Source: an uncultured Pseudomonadota bacterium
GTDB lineage: Bacteria > Pseudomonadota > Alphaproteobacteria > JACZXZ01
Direction of reading: 5' to 3'
NCBI GenBank assembly: GCA_963749075.1
Contig: CAVVLJ010000017.1
Coordinates: 32,001 to 96,000 of the forward strand
DNA: 64,000 bases
Positions within the stretch are counted from its first letter, which is position 1. Each line of letters begins with the position of its first letter. This document shows, piece by piece, positions 36,895-46,854 of this stretch. The translations under genes were made by a program, and so were the position numbers. The notes under the pieces were generated by a model. The model did no database searches and was not told where the DNA came from. It saw only the letters and a list, made by a program, of their open reading frames with translations.

Positions 36895-37919
36895 GACGGG
36901 CCGTCCTGATCCGCTGCGGACGAGCGCGAGAGGAAGAGATTGCCGAGGACCGCGAGGGGAAAGGCGCGCCGCGGCGCAGACGCGCGGTCGTCGTGGCTGC
37001 GCCCGACGCGGAGCTCGATCACCCGCTGCACGGCGGTGAGCACGGTCGTCAGCGCCACGTACCACAGCGAGGCCACGATGAGCAGCGGAATGGTCTCGAA
37101 GGTGCGCGTATAGATGAGCTCCGCCGAGGAGAGCAGCTCGGTCACCGAGATGACGCTCGCGAGCGAGGTGTATTTGAGCATGCCGATCACCTGATTGCCC
37201 GTGGGCGGCACGATGACGCGCAGGGCCTGCGGCAGGATGACCTTGCGCATGGTCTGGGCGCGCGTCATGCCGACCGCGAAGGCGGCCTCGCGCTGGCCCG
37301 GATCGACGCTCATGATGCCGCTGCGCACGATCTCCGCCATATAGGCCGCTTCGCAGAGGCCGAGGCCGAGATTGGCCGCCATCAGCGGCGTGATGATCGC
37401 GTTGGCATTGAGCGCGAGCAAGTCGGGGCCGAAGAACGGGATGCCGAGGGTGATGACGGGAAAGAGCGCCGAGAGGTTGAACCAGAAGATGAGCTGAACC
37501 AAGGCCGGCGTGCCGCGGAAGCAGGTGATGTAGACGACCGCGGCGGAGGACAAGAGGCCGTTCTCGGAGAGCCGCATCAGCGCGATCGCGATGCCGAGGA
37601 GGATGCCGATGCACATGGCCGAGGCGGTGAGCTCGATCGTGAGCAGCACGCCCTGGAGGATGTCCGGGCTGAAGAGATATTTGGCGACGACCGGCCACTG
37701 GAAGTTCGGGTTCACCATGACGGTGTAGGCCGCCCAGGCGAGGAGGAGCCCCACCACCGCGCAGGCGACCCAGCGGCCCGGGTGGCGGAGCGGCACCGGG
37801 GGGCCCGCGATGAGACCCGCCATGGGATCGCCCGCGACTTCCCCCTTGGCCGGCTCCTTCGCCGGCTTGCCGGCGGCAGGCTCGCGAACCCGGTCCTGCG
37901 GCGCCGTCCCGATCTCCAT
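36891..37919 (-). CDS. Polar amino-acid ABC transporter permease
   Basis: [43 protein letters not shown]. Confidence 0.93.
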   Translation of the reverse strand: MEIGTAPQDRVREPAAGKPAKEPAKGEVAGDPMAGLIAGPPVPLRHPGRWVACAVVGLLLAWAAYTVMVNPNFQWPVVAKYLFSPDILQGVLLTIELTASAMCIGILLGIAIALMRLSENGLLSSAAVVYITCFRGTPALVQLIFWFNLSALFPVITLGIPFFGPDLLALNANAIITPLMAANLGLGLCEAAYMAEIVRSGIMSVDPGQREAAFAVGMTRAQTMRKVILPQALRVIVPPTGNQVIGMLKYTSLASVISVTELLSSAELIYTRTFETIPLLIVASLWYVALTTVLTAVQRVIELRVGRSHDDRASAPRRAFPLAVLGNLFLSRSSAADQDGPS

Positions 37920-37974
37920 CCGGAATCCTCTCCCCGCGGCAAGGGCAGGGCCGATCAGGCCGCACCGCCTCCCT

Positions 37975-38035
37975 CGTCACCCCCGCGAACGCGGGGCTCC
38001 ACAGCCGATGGATTCCCGCTTGCGCGGGAATGACG
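37975..38035. repeat. REP-like double hairpin (GTCA..CCCGC family)
   Basis: CGTCACCCCCGCGAACGCGGGGCTCCA...TGGATTCCCGCTTGCGCGGGAATGACG; same family as 14696 and 57601. Confidence 0.85.
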
Positions 38036-38064
38036 CACGAAATGGCGAATCCGCTTGAACCGCC

Positions 38065-38973
38065 CTAGTCGAAGATCGCCGGGTCGGCAGCCGTTCCGTC
38101 GAGCCCCCACTTGTGCATGATTTTAGCATAGGTGCCGTCGGCGATGACGACCTTGAGGGCCGCCTCGAGGGCCTTGCCGAGCTGCGCGTCGTCCTTCTTG
38201 TAGGCGATGCCGGAATCGACCGTGGCGCCCGGCACCGGACCGCCAGGTGCTGCATCGAGCTTGCCGTCGGAATGCTTGGCGGCAACCACCGCCGTGGCAA
38301 GGCTCACGCCCGCGGCATCCGCCCTGCCGGTCTCGACCGCCAGCACCTGCGGGCCCTTGCCGTCGAACGTCATGAGCGTGATCTTGGCCTTGCCCGCGGC
38401 CTCGCACTTTTTCGACTGGTCCTCCCAAACCATGACCGGCTGGGTGCCCTTCTCGACCGCGATCGTGTGGCCGCAGGCATCGTTGTTCTTGACGCCCGCC
38501 GGGTTGCCCTTGCGCACGATGAGGCCGTTGGCGAGGATCGCGTAGCGCACGAAGGAGACCTGCTTGAGCCGTGCCGGCAGGATGGCCATGACCGACATGC
38601 CCACGTCGACGCGCCCGCCGCTCACCGCCGGAATGATCGAGGCGAAGGACAGCCGCTCGATCTCGGGCTTGAGGCCGAGCACGCCCGCCACGGCCTGGAA
38701 GATCTCGACGTCGAAGCCGACCTGCTGGTCTTTCTCGTCGAGGTAGTTGTAGGGCTCGAAATCGAGCGGCATGGCCGCCTTGAGCACGCCGGCCTTCTTG
38801 ATCTCCGCCGGCACGAGCGCGCGCGCCGCCTCCATGCCCGTCTGGGCCAAGGCCGGTGCGGTGGCCGCGGCCGCAGCGAGAGCGGCCGAGAGCAGCAAAG
38901 CGATCGCCAGCGCCACGGGCCAGGCGCGCGCGCGCTCAGGCCCCGCCGCCTCATTCTTGCGGATCAACGACAT
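38065..38973 (-). CDS. Amino-acid ABC transporter substrate-binding protein (family 3)
   Basis: Signal peptide, GFDVEI, FASIIPAVSGGRVD, DGTYAKIMHKWG. Confidence 0.9.
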   Translation of the reverse strand: MSLIRKNEAAGPERARAWPVALAIALLLSAALAAAAATAPALAQTGMEAARALVPAEIKKAGVLKAAMPLDFEPYNYLDEKDQQVGFDVEIFQAVAGVLGLKPEIERLSFASIIPAVSGGRVDVGMSVMAILPARLKQVSFVRYAILANGLIVRKGNPAGVKNNDACGHTIAVEKGTQPVMVWEDQSKKCEAAGKAKITLMTFDGKGPQVLAVETGRADAAGVSLATAVVAAKHSDGKLDAAPGGPVPGATVDSGIAYKKDDAQLGKALEAALKVVIADGTYAKIMHKWGLDGTAADPAIFD

Positions 38974-39107
38974 TCTCGCCTCCTTGTCATGCTGGTTGCG
39001 CCTGATGGCTTGGCCGCGCCCTCGATCGATCGGCACGCGAGATGCGCGGCACGCCGCCTTCGTTTCGGCCCGCGGGGTCAGGCGCTTCCCGTTTTGCCTC
39101 GCGCACC

Positions 39108-39776
39108 CTACGCGTCCCCGACCACGACCGCCATATAGTTGGCCAACGCCCTGCCCCGCGAGCCCATGACGATCTTGACGGCGCTCGCATAATCGGCGGA
39201 CGCCGGACGGCCGTCCCGCGGCTTGAGCACCCGCGTGCCGTTGCGCCGGCGAGGCGCCTCGCCGAGATAGCGCACGATCTCCCGGCAGAAATCCGGCAGA
39301 TCGCCCGGCAGCCGCGAGGTGATCAGATTGCCGTCGCGCACCACGGGCTGGTCCACGTAGTCGGCGCCGGCGTTGACGACGTCGTCCTTGATGTTGGGCA
39401 CGCAGGTCAGTCGGCGGCCGCGCGCGATGCCGGCGGAGGCCAGCATCCAGCCCGCGTGGCAGATTGCCGCCACCAGATTGCCCTGCTCGTGAACCTTGCG
39501 CACCAGCTCCACCATGGGCTTGTGCTTGCGCATGCCCTCGGGCGCGAAGCCGCCGGGGATGATCACCGCATCGAGGTCCCCGGCCTCGACGTCCTCCACG
39601 GCGAGATCGGGCCTGGCCGGATAGCCGAGCTTGCTGGCGTAGATCTGGTTCGCGGCCGGCGCCACGACGAGGACGTTGGCGCCCTCCTCGCGCAGCCGCA
39701 TCACCGGGTGCCAGAGCTCGAGCTCCTGGTACTGGTTCTCGACGAGAACCGCGATCTGCGCCTCCTCGAGGTTCAT
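39108..39776 (-). CDS. DJ-1/PfpI-family protein (catalytic Cys present)
   Basis: YQELELWHP, IPGGFAP, AAICHAGW, DGNLITSRLPGDLP; extra C-terminal tail. Confidence 0.9.
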   Translation of the reverse strand: MNLEEAQIAVLVENQYQELELWHPVMRLREEGANVLVVAPAANQIYASKLGYPARPDLAVEDVEAGDLDAVIIPGGFAPEGMRKHKPMVELVRKVHEQGNLVAAICHAGWMLASAGIARGRRLTCVPNIKDDVVNAGADYVDQPVVRDGNLITSRLPGDLPDFCREIVRYLGEAPRRRNGTRVLKPRDGRPASADYASAVKIVMGSRGRALANYMAVVVGDA

Positions 39777-40864
39777 GCCGGCTCCCCTGCCGCCGCCATG
39801 GCCGGCTCCTCGCGGCGCAGGCCCTCCGGCGAGAATGCGAGAAGCCGCTGGGCGTTGTCGACGAGCACGCGGTCGAGCTCGGCCTTGCCGAAGCCCTTCT
39901 TGGCCAGCCGCGGGGCGAAGCTCTCGAAGAGATAATCGAACGGCACCTTGGTGTTGAACTGGTCGGGCTCCTCCTTGGAGATGGGCCCCCGGCCGTGCGC
40001 GAAGAAGCGGTCGTAGGAGAAGACGAGGCGGTCGAGGTAGCCGCGCTCGGTCAGCTCCACGATGAGAACGGCCATCTGCTCGTCGAGCGCGTCGGCGGAA
40101 TCGTGCATCCAGGGGATGCCGATGTGATCGATCTGCAGACAGGCGCCGCGCGCGCAGATGTCCAAGAGCTGCTTGAGTTCCGGCTTGATGAAGCAATGGC
40201 CGATGACGACCTTGCCCGGATCGGCGCCCTCCGCCTCGAGGAGGTCGAGCAGCTCGATGCCCGGATTGGTCACCGTCCAGTCGACGGGATGGGTGTGGGT
40301 GTTGATGGCGCAGCCGAGCTTCTTCTGCGCCCGCGCCGCGGCGCGGATGGCCTTCTCCTCATAGGGGCCGATCCTGGTGCCGCTCGCGTAGATGGGGCTC
40401 GGCGCGCCCGTCAAGGCGCCCGTCGAGACCTTGATGTTCCCCGCCTTCCAGGGCGTCAGCACGCCGTCGTAGACCATGCCCTCGGTGATGTCGCGGATCA
40501 TCATCTCCTTCAGGTAGTCGAGCGGCTTGCGGCGCCAGTAGAAGGGGATGCCGATGGCGTTGTGCTCGCCGTAGAAGCCCGTGGTGGCGACGATGTGGAC
40601 GCCGCTCCGCCGCTGCGACTCCGCCATGAGGCGCGGATGGCGCCCGAGCTCGGGCGGCGTCAAGTCGACGATCGTGCGGATGCCGTGCTGGCTCAGCCCG
40701 TTCTTGAGGGTCTGGGCGATGCCGGCGGCGACCGCATCCACGTCCCAGAGATTGTTGTGGTCGTACTCGCAGCCCAGATAGGCATAGCGCAGATGCTCGT
40801 GGGTGAGCGTGATGCCGGCCCGGTCGGGTGCGATATCGCCGAGAACGGTGCGGATGATTGCCAT
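39773..40864 (-). CDS. Phosphotriesterase-like (PTE/PLL) metallohydrolase
   Basis: IRTVLGDI, THEHL, TIVDLTP..GR, NIK, THT, IGH, FSYD. Confidence 0.88.
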   Translation of the reverse strand: MAIIRTVLGDIAPDRAGITLTHEHLRYAYLGCEYDHNNLWDVDAVAAGIAQTLKNGLSQHGIRTIVDLTPPELGRHPRLMAESQRRSGVHIVATTGFYGEHNAIGIPFYWRRKPLDYLKEMMIRDITEGMVYDGVLTPWKAGNIKVSTGALTGAPSPIYASGTRIGPYEEKAIRAAARAQKKLGCAINTHTHPVDWTVTNPGIELLDLLEAEGADPGKVVIGHCFIKPELKQLLDICARGACLQIDHIGIPWMHDSADALDEQMAVLIVELTERGYLDRLVFSYDRFFAHGRGPISKEEPDQFNTKVPFDYLFESFAPRLAKKGFGKAELDRVLVDNAQRLLAFSPEGLRREEPAMAAAGEPA

Positions 40865-40895
40865 GGGGGCCTCGGTTGCGGCTGTTGCGCGATGC

Positions 40896-41369
40896 TCAGG
40901 CCGCTTCTAGCGCGGCGCTGAGAGCTTTGAAGAATGCCGGCACGTCGTCCACGGAGCGCGCGGTGATCGTGCGGCCGTCGACGACGACCGCGCCATCCTC
41001 CGCCCCGGGAGCGGCCGCGGCAAGCCCCTTGGGGCGACCTGCCGCGGCGAGAAACTCGCTTCCGCTGGAGATCGCCGCGAGGATGGCGCCCTGGCGCCCG
41101 GCCGCGCTCACGAAGGCACGCCCGCTCTCGTCGCCCGCCATGCCGCCGGGCAGCACGACCGCGTCGAATTCGCCGGGCACGGCGTCCTTGAAGCCGATGT
41201 CGGGCTGCACGGGATAGCCGAGCCGGCTGCGGTAGGTCCGCTCGGCGTCGGCGCCCACCACCGTGACCTTGGCGCCCAGCTCGCGCAGACGCAGCACCGG
41301 ATACCAGAATTCCAGCTCCTGATAGTGCTCGCCGACAAGGACGGCCACGCGCTTTTCGGCCAGAGCCAT
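40896..41369 (-). CDS. DJ-1/PfpI-family protein, short, Cys replaced by Ser
   Basis: YQELEFWYP, LPGG, AAISSG in place of AAICH, VVVDGRTITAR. Confidence 0.82.
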   Translation of the reverse strand: MALAEKRVAVLVGEHYQELEFWYPVLRLRELGAKVTVVGADAERTYRSRLGYPVQPDIGFKDAVPGEFDAVVLPGGMAGDESGRAFVSAAGRQGAILAAISSGSEFLAAAGRPKGLAAAAPGAEDGAVVVDGRTITARSVDDVPAFFKALSAALEAA

Positions 41370-41392
41370 TGTTCCGCCATTGCCCCGCATAG

Positions 41393-41627
41393 CTGTCTGA
41401 CAAATGAACTTTAGACCGCCTTGCCGCGACGCGCAATAGACTCGCCGTGCAATGCGCGCACGGCCGGTCCGTGCCCCGCCCGGTTCCAACGCTCTTATAC
41501 GAATCGATTGAAATCTTTGACGTTCGTGGCCGTAGCGCGATCCGAACGAGCGCATGCGAAATGCATCTTGCACGGCTGCGGCGTCGGTCCTACCATGCCG
41601 CGGTGGTACATTCGAGCGGTCATACAA
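41393..41627. promoter_or_regulatory. Three FadR-type operator-like sites in the divergent promoter region
   Basis: TGTCTGACAA (41394-41403), GGTCCTACCA (41586-41595) and GGTCATACAA (41618-41627), all with a GT-N3-AC core. Confidence 0.55.
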
Positions 41628-41656
41628 ATGACGGCGCGCGACGTGGGCGCTTCAAG

Positions 41657-42394
41657 ATGCCGCGCCGCAGCGTCGTCGGAGAAGTGCGCAGGCAGCTGCT
41701 CGCCCTCATCGAGTCCGGCGAGCTCAAGGTCGATGAGCGGCTGCCCTCCGAGCTCGAGCTCGCCCGCTCCTTCGGGGTGAGCCGCCCGGTCATCCGCGAG
41801 GCCCTCGTCACCTTGCACGCGCTCGGGGTCACCGCCGCGCGGACCGGCCGCGGCACCTTCGTCGCCTCCAACCGCGCGCGGCTGCCGCTCTTGCAGGGCC
41901 GCTACGCGCCGGCCCATCTCGAGGAGATCCGGCGCCATCTCGAGGTGCCGGCGGCCCGGCTCGCGGCGGAGCGGCGGACCCAGGAGGACGTGAAGCGTCT
42001 CGGCGAGATACTTGCGATGGTCAACGAGGCGGAGGACCCCGCCTACCGCAACAAGCTCGATGCGCGCTTCCACATTGCGATGGCCGAGGCGACGGGAAAC
42101 CCGCTCTTCGCGCGGCTGGTCGAGGATCTCCGCGCCATGCTGGAGGAGCAGTCGCTCGCCGTCTCCGCCGTGCCCGGCCGGCGCCAGCAGGCGAGCGCCG
42201 AGCACAGCGCGCTCTACGAGGCTATCCTGCGGCGCGACCCGCGGGCCGCTGCCGACGCCATGGCGGCACACCTCGACGAGGTCGAGGCCTCGCTCGCGAG
42301 GCTGGAGGCCTCGCCCGGCATGGGCGGAGCCGGAGATACGCAGCACCCGCGCGAGCGCGAGCATGCCGAGGCGGGCGGCCGTGCCGGGGAGTGA
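41657..42394 (+). CDS. FadR/GntR-family regulator
   Basis: RLPSELELARSFGVSRPVIREAL, GRGTFV, FCD domain (FHIAMAEATGNP, EH..LYEAI). Confidence 0.93.
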   Translation: MPRRSVVGEVRRQLLALIESGELKVDERLPSELELARSFGVSRPVIREALVTLHALGVTAARTGRGTFVASNRARLPLLQGRYAPAHLEEIRRHLEVPAARLAAERRTQEDVKRLGEILAMVNEAEDPAYRNKLDARFHIAMAEATGNPLFARLVEDLRAMLEEQSLAVSAVPGRRQQASAEHSALYEAILRRDPRAAADAMAAHLDEVEASLARLEASPGMGGAGDTQHPREREHAEAGGRAGE

Positions 42395-42431
42395 TCCGGC
42401 GGCGGCGTCCAGCGCGCGCAGAGGGCGGGAG

Positions 42432-43214
42432 ATGAGCGCGAACGCCATCGACTGCGCCTATTCGAGCGAGGGTGCTGGGCCGCCCGTCCTCATGATCCAC
42501 GGCGTGGGGGCGCGCCGCGAGGTGTGGTCCGGGCTGATCGAGCGCCTCAAGCCCAGCTACCGCTGCATCAGCTACGATCTGCGCGGCCATGGCCAATCGC
42601 CGAAGCCGGCCGTGCCCTTCGCATTGGAGGACCTCGTCGCCGATCTCGAAGCGCTGCGCGCCGGCCTCGGCATCGAGAAGGCCCATGTGGTGGGCCACTC
42701 GCTCGGCGGCATGGTGGCACCCGCCTATGCGCGGCGTCATCCCGGGCGCACCCTCTCGGTGACGCTCTTGAGCACCGCGGCCGGGCGCAGCGAGGCGGAT
42801 CGCGCGCGCGCGGGCGCCGTGGTGGCGGCCATGGAGGAGAAGGGCATGAGCGCCGTGCTCGGCATGCTCGCCGAGCGCTGGTTCTCGCCGGAGTTCGCCC
42901 GCAGCCGGCCCGGTGCCGTCGATGCGCGCTTGCGCCAGGCTGCGGAGACCGACCCCGCCGTCTATCTGCAATGCTTCCGCATCTATGCCGAGACCGAGAT
43001 GGCGCCGTGGCTCCCCGAAGTGGCGGCGCCGGCGCTCCTCGTCACCGGCGAGGAGGACGCGGGATGCAGCCCGCGGCTCAACCGCATCATGAGCGAAACC
43101 TTGCCCGATGCCCGGCTCGCCGTCCTCGCGGGGCTCCGCCATTCGATCCTGATCGAGGCGCCCGGGCGCGTGGCCGAGCCCGTTCTCGCCTTCCTCCGCT
43201 CGCTTGCGCCATAG
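42432..43214 (+). CDS. Alpha/beta hydrolase
   Basis: IHGVG, YDLRGHGQS, GHSLGG, TGEED, RHSILIE. Confidence 0.88.
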   Translation: MSANAIDCAYSSEGAGPPVLMIHGVGARREVWSGLIERLKPSYRCISYDLRGHGQSPKPAVPFALEDLVADLEALRAGLGIEKAHVVGHSLGGMVAPAYARRHPGRTLSVTLLSTAAGRSEADRARAGAVVAAMEEKGMSAVLGMLAERWFSPEFARSRPGAVDARLRQAAETDPAVYLQCFRIYAETEMAPWLPEVAAPALLVTGEEDAGCSPRLNRIMSETLPDARLAVLAGLRHSILIEAPGRVAEPVLAFLRSLAP

Positions 43215-43220
43215 CGGCGC

Positions 43221-44801
43221 TCAGCGTGCCCGCACGCGCGCGTCGATCGCGGCGACGGCCGCGTGGGCGGAGAGCACCGCTCCCTCCTGCCAGCCGTTGA
43301 GATAGCTCAGGTGCTCGCCCGCGAGATGGATCGGGCCCTCGGGCTCGAGGAGCGTCGCGTAGGCGCCCTTGCGCCCCTCCTCGCTCCAATCGGCCCAGGC
43401 GCCGAGGCTGTGGGGAACCTTGACCCAGGCGACCGAGATGCCGTGCGCCACGTCGCGGCCGAAGCCCGGGTGAAGGGCGCTGGCGTTGGCGACGGCGAGC
43501 GCCGTGCGCGCGGCGGGTGCCAACTCGGCGAAGCGCTGGCCGATCTCGTCGCTCCAGATATAGGCGCCGACGAGGATGCCCCTGCGGCCGTGGAAGCCGC
43601 TCGAGGGGTACCACATTTGCGTGATGTCCTGGTCGGTCCAGGAGATGCCGCCGTAGATGCCGTCGTCCATCTCCCAGAAGCGCCGCTTGGCCTCGAAGGC
43701 GAGCTTGGCCGCCTTGGCGTAGCGGGCGGCCGCGATCGCCGTCCTGAAGGCCGGCGAGAAATCGGCCGCGATGCCGGCCAGCACCGAGAGCGGGATGGTG
43801 CAGATGCAGAAGTCGGCGCCAAGCGCGTGGCTGCCGCCCCGCTTGCCGTCGCGGTAGACGATGCGCACCCCGTCGCCGGCGCGGCGGATCTCCTTGACCT
43901 CTGCGTGGGCGCGGATCATCGGGCGCACGCGCCGCTCGAAGGCGCGGGCGATGCCGTCCATGCCGCCTCTCGGCTGCAGCATGGTCGGCGCGAAGTCGAT
44001 GAGCTCGCCGAAGTCGATCTGGAAATAGGCGAACTCGCTCTTGAGGATCTCGGAGAGCGGCAGCGGCTCGAGCGGCTTCCCCGCGGCGAGGCCGGCGCCC
44101 GGCCACACCTCATAGCCCGCGCGCGGCGAGCCCGCGTAGCGGCCGTCGCGGCCGAGCGCTCCGAAGCTCCGCAGCATGTGGAGGAGGCGCTCGCGGTCCT
44201 CGGCGCCGACGCTCTCGTCGAGCGCCTTCCGGCTCACCGCCTTCGCGAGGAGCTCGGCGATGTAGCCGCGGCTGTCGCCGATCAGCCGGCGGGCGCGCAG
44301 CGGCTTGCCGCCGAATGCCGCGGCGCTGTGGAAATAGGCATTGCGGTTGTCGTTGACCATGACCTCGAGCGGCACGCCGAAGTCGCGGCAATAGCCGATG
44401 ATGGCCTGGTGGTGCTGCGGGAGGCGCGCCGGGCCGGCGTTGAAGTACATCTCCGCCCCGCGCGCGAAGCCGCAGCGCTGGCGGCTTGCGAGCTCCTCCA
44501 CCACGTCGCCCGAGCGCAGCGTCCAATTGCGCCCGCCGGCGCGGCCGCGGGCCTCGAGGAGCGTGCAGCGATAGCCGGCGCGGGCGAGCTCGTAGGCGGC
44601 GGTCATGCCGGCGATCCCGGCGCCGAGGATGGCGACCCGCGTGCCCTTCCCCGAGCCGGGTGCGAGCTTGGGCGGCCCCGCATAGGCCGCCGGCACGGCG
44701 ATGAGGCCCATGGCGGCCATGGTGTTGTAGAGCGCCGCGGCGCCGCCCGCCCGGCCGACGAGATTGAGGAAGCTGCGGCGCGTGAGCCGCGGCCTCGTCA
44801 T
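43221..44801 (-). CDS. Tat-exported flavin amine oxidase / L-amino-acid oxidase family protein
   Basis: TRRSFL Tat motif, GAGIAG, EARGRAGGR, FNAGPARLP, GGMD, AGEH..GWQEGA. Confidence 0.9.
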   Translation of the reverse strand: MTRPRLTRRSFLNLVGRAGGAAALYNTMAAMGLIAVPAAYAGPPKLAPGSGKGTRVAILGAGIAGMTAAYELARAGYRCTLLEARGRAGGRNWTLRSGDVVEELASRQRCGFARGAEMYFNAGPARLPQHHQAIIGYCRDFGVPLEVMVNDNRNAYFHSAAAFGGKPLRARRLIGDSRGYIAELLAKAVSRKALDESVGAEDRERLLHMLRSFGALGRDGRYAGSPRAGYEVWPGAGLAAGKPLEPLPLSEILKSEFAYFQIDFGELIDFAPTMLQPRGGMDGIARAFERRVRPMIRAHAEVKEIRRAGDGVRIVYRDGKRGGSHALGADFCICTIPLSVLAGIAADFSPAFRTAIAAARYAKAAKLAFEAKRRFWEMDDGIYGGISWTDQDITQMWYPSSGFHGRRGILVGAYIWSDEIGQRFAELAPAARTALAVANASALHPGFGRDVAHGISVAWVKVPHSLGAWADWSEEGRKGAYATLLEPEGPIHLAGEHLSYLNGWQEGAVLSAHAAVAAIDARVRAR

Positions 44802-44849
44802 GGGCCGTGCCTCCGCCCGCCTCGCTGGCGGAACGACGGCGGCGCTTGC

Positions 44850-45323
44850 CTATTGCAGCTCGATGTGGACGTTGCGGTTCTCTTGGCTGTGGACATTTCG
44901 CGGCGTCAGCACGCGGAGATCGGTCTTGCCCTTGGCGATGGTCGTGATGTCGCCCTCCGGCACGCCGTGCGCGACGAGGTACTTCTTCGCCTGCTCCGCG
45001 CGCCGCTGCGTCAGCCGCGCGTCGTCGGTCGCGACGCCGGCGGTGTCGGCGTGGCCGGTCAGGATCACCTTCGGCGCTCCCAGCTTCTTGATGGCGGCCA
45101 CCACGTCGTCAAGCGTCTTCTGCGCGTCAGGTCGGATGAAGAATTGGTCCGAGGCGAAGTAGATCCAGAATTCCTTCGCCGACGGCGCCGCCGGTTGGCC
45201 CGCTGCCGCTTGAGCAAGGCGAAGCGGCGATGGCGCCGCGCCCGCGCGCGTCCCCGCCGCGTCAGTGAGCGCCAGCGCCGTCAGGATGAAAAGCGACGCC
45301 GCGATGCGTGCTGCGATCCCCAT
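44850..45323 (-). CDS. OmpA C-terminal domain protein
   Basis: Signal peptide, IYFASD, GHADTAG, RRAEQAKKYL, ENRNVHI. Confidence 0.85.
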   Translation of the reverse strand: MGIAARIAASLFILTALALTDAAGTRAGAAPSPLRLAQAAAGQPAAPSAKEFWIYFASDQFFIRPDAQKTLDDVVAAIKKLGAPKVILTGHADTAGVATDDARLTQRRAEQAKKYLVAHGVPEGDITTIAKGKTDLRVLTPRNVHSQENRNVHIELQ

Positions 45324-45349
45324 GCCCCCTCCCCCGTCAACAGCTGCGC

Positions 45350-45426
45350 TGGTCGGGGCGCCCGGACTCGAACCGGGGGCCTCCTGCTCCCAAAGCAGGC
45401 GCTCTACCAGGCTGAGCTACGCCCCG
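45350..45426 (-). tRNA. tRNA-Pro (UGG)
   Basis: CGGGGCGTAGCTCAGCCTGGTAGAGCGCCTGCTTTGGGAGCAGGAGGCCCCCGGTTCGAGTCCGGGCGCCCCGACCA. Confidence 0.96.
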
Positions 45427-45542
45427 AGCGCAAGCGAATTACGCTTGTAGTGGTTCTTCAGGTGACCGGCAAGCGCTAAGCCTTCCCATATGCGGTGGAA
45501 ATCGGGCACAATCCCGAGCGCACCATAACAGAGAGGTGAGCC

Positions 45543-46208
45543 TTGTCCTCGCGCGTCCTCAACGTCACCGGCCGAATTTACGATTACCTCCTCTCAGCCT
45601 CGCTGCGCGACGACAAGCTCTTGCGGCGGCTGCGCGCGGAGACCCGGCGCCTGCCCATGGGCGGCATGCAGATCTCGCCGGAGCAGGGCCAGTTCATGGC
45701 TCTCCTCGTCGAGCTCTTGGGTGCCAAGACGGCGCTCGAGATCGGCACCTTCACCGGCTACAGCTCGCTCGCCGTCGCACGCGCGCTGCCCGACGACGGC
45801 CGGCTGCTCTGCTGCGACGTGAGCGAGGAGTACACGCGCGTCGCGCGCAAATACTGGCTCGAGGCCGGCGTCGCGCACAAGGTGACGCTCGAGCTCGGCC
45901 CGGCGCTCGCCACGCTCGACCGTCTCCTTAAGGAGGGGCGCGGCGAAAGCTTCGACTTCGCCTTCATCGACGCCGACAAGACGAACTACCGGCACTATTA
46001 CGAGCGCTGCATGGCGCTCGTGCGGCCGGGCGGACTCATCGCCATCGACAACGTGCTGTGGAGCGGCCGCGTCGCCGACGCCAAGCGGCAGGACCCCGAC
46101 ACCAGGGCGATCCGCGCCTTCAACGCACGGCTCAAGCGCGACGGGCGCGTCTCGCTCAGCATGCTGCCGCTCGGCGACGGCTTGAGCCTCGCGCTGAAAC
46201 GCGTCTGA
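45543..46208 (+). CDS. Cation-dependent O-methyltransferase (CCoAOMT-like)
   Basis: MQISPEQG, LEIGTFTGYS, FIDADK, DNVLWSG, PLGDGL. Confidence 0.92.
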   Translation: MSSRVLNVTGRIYDYLLSASLRDDKLLRRLRAETRRLPMGGMQISPEQGQFMALLVELLGAKTALEIGTFTGYSSLAVARALPDDGRLLCCDVSEEYTRVARKYWLEAGVAHKVTLELGPALATLDRLLKEGRGESFDFAFIDADKTNYRHYYERCMALVRPGGLIAIDNVLWSGRVADAKRQDPDTRAIRAFNARLKRDGRVSLSMLPLGDGLSLALKRV

Positions 46209-46215
46209 GCGCCGC

Positions 46216-46692
46216 TCAGCGCTGGAAGATCGGGTGGATGACCCGGTCGCCCGGCTTGATATCGAGCCGGGCCGCCGTGCCGCTCGCGAGCTCGAGCACG
46301 GCGAGCACCGGCTCGCCCGAGCTGATCGGCGTGCGGGAGAGCGGCACCGTGCGCTCGGCGACGCGCACGATGCGGCCGTCCTCGGCGATGAAGAGCATGT
46401 CGAGCGGGATGTAGGTGTTCTCCATCCACATGGCGACCGTCTCGCTCTCCTTGAAGTCGAAGAGCATGCCGGCATCGGGCGCGAGCGCCGTGCGGTACAT
46501 GAGGCCCTCGCTGCGCTCTTCGTCCGTGCTCGCGAGCTCGACGGTGAAGTGCTGCTCCTTGCCGTCCGCGGTCGTGATGACGAGGGCGCTCTTGGGCAGT
46601 GCTGCCGAGAGCGCCGTTCCGGGTGCTGCCGCGAGGAAGGCGCCCGCCAGCGCAAGCACGAGGAGCGCCGGCAGTTTGCTCAAGAGCCGCAT
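46216..46692 (-). CDS. DUF192 family secreted protein
   Basis: VELA...GLMYR, GMLFDF, MWMENTYIPLDMLFI, VLEL..G. Confidence 0.92.
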   Translation of the reverse strand: MRLLSKLPALLVLALAGAFLAAAPGTALSAALPKSALVITTADGKEQHFTVELASTDEERSEGLMYRTALAPDAGMLFDFKESETVAMWMENTYIPLDMLFIAEDGRIVRVAERTVPLSRTPISSGEPVLAVLELASGTAARLDIKPGDRVIHPIFQR

Positions 46693-46854
46693 CGCTCAGC
46701 CTCCAACTGCCATTGCCGAGACGCGCGGCATCGCCAAGGGCTGCTTCGAGCCGTAGCTCGAGCGGCGGTGCATCACGCTGCCGATGATATGCCTAGCACC
46801 AGCCATGGCGGCGGAGTGTAGCGGAGCGCCGGTCCGCGACAAAGCCCGCGCGCG

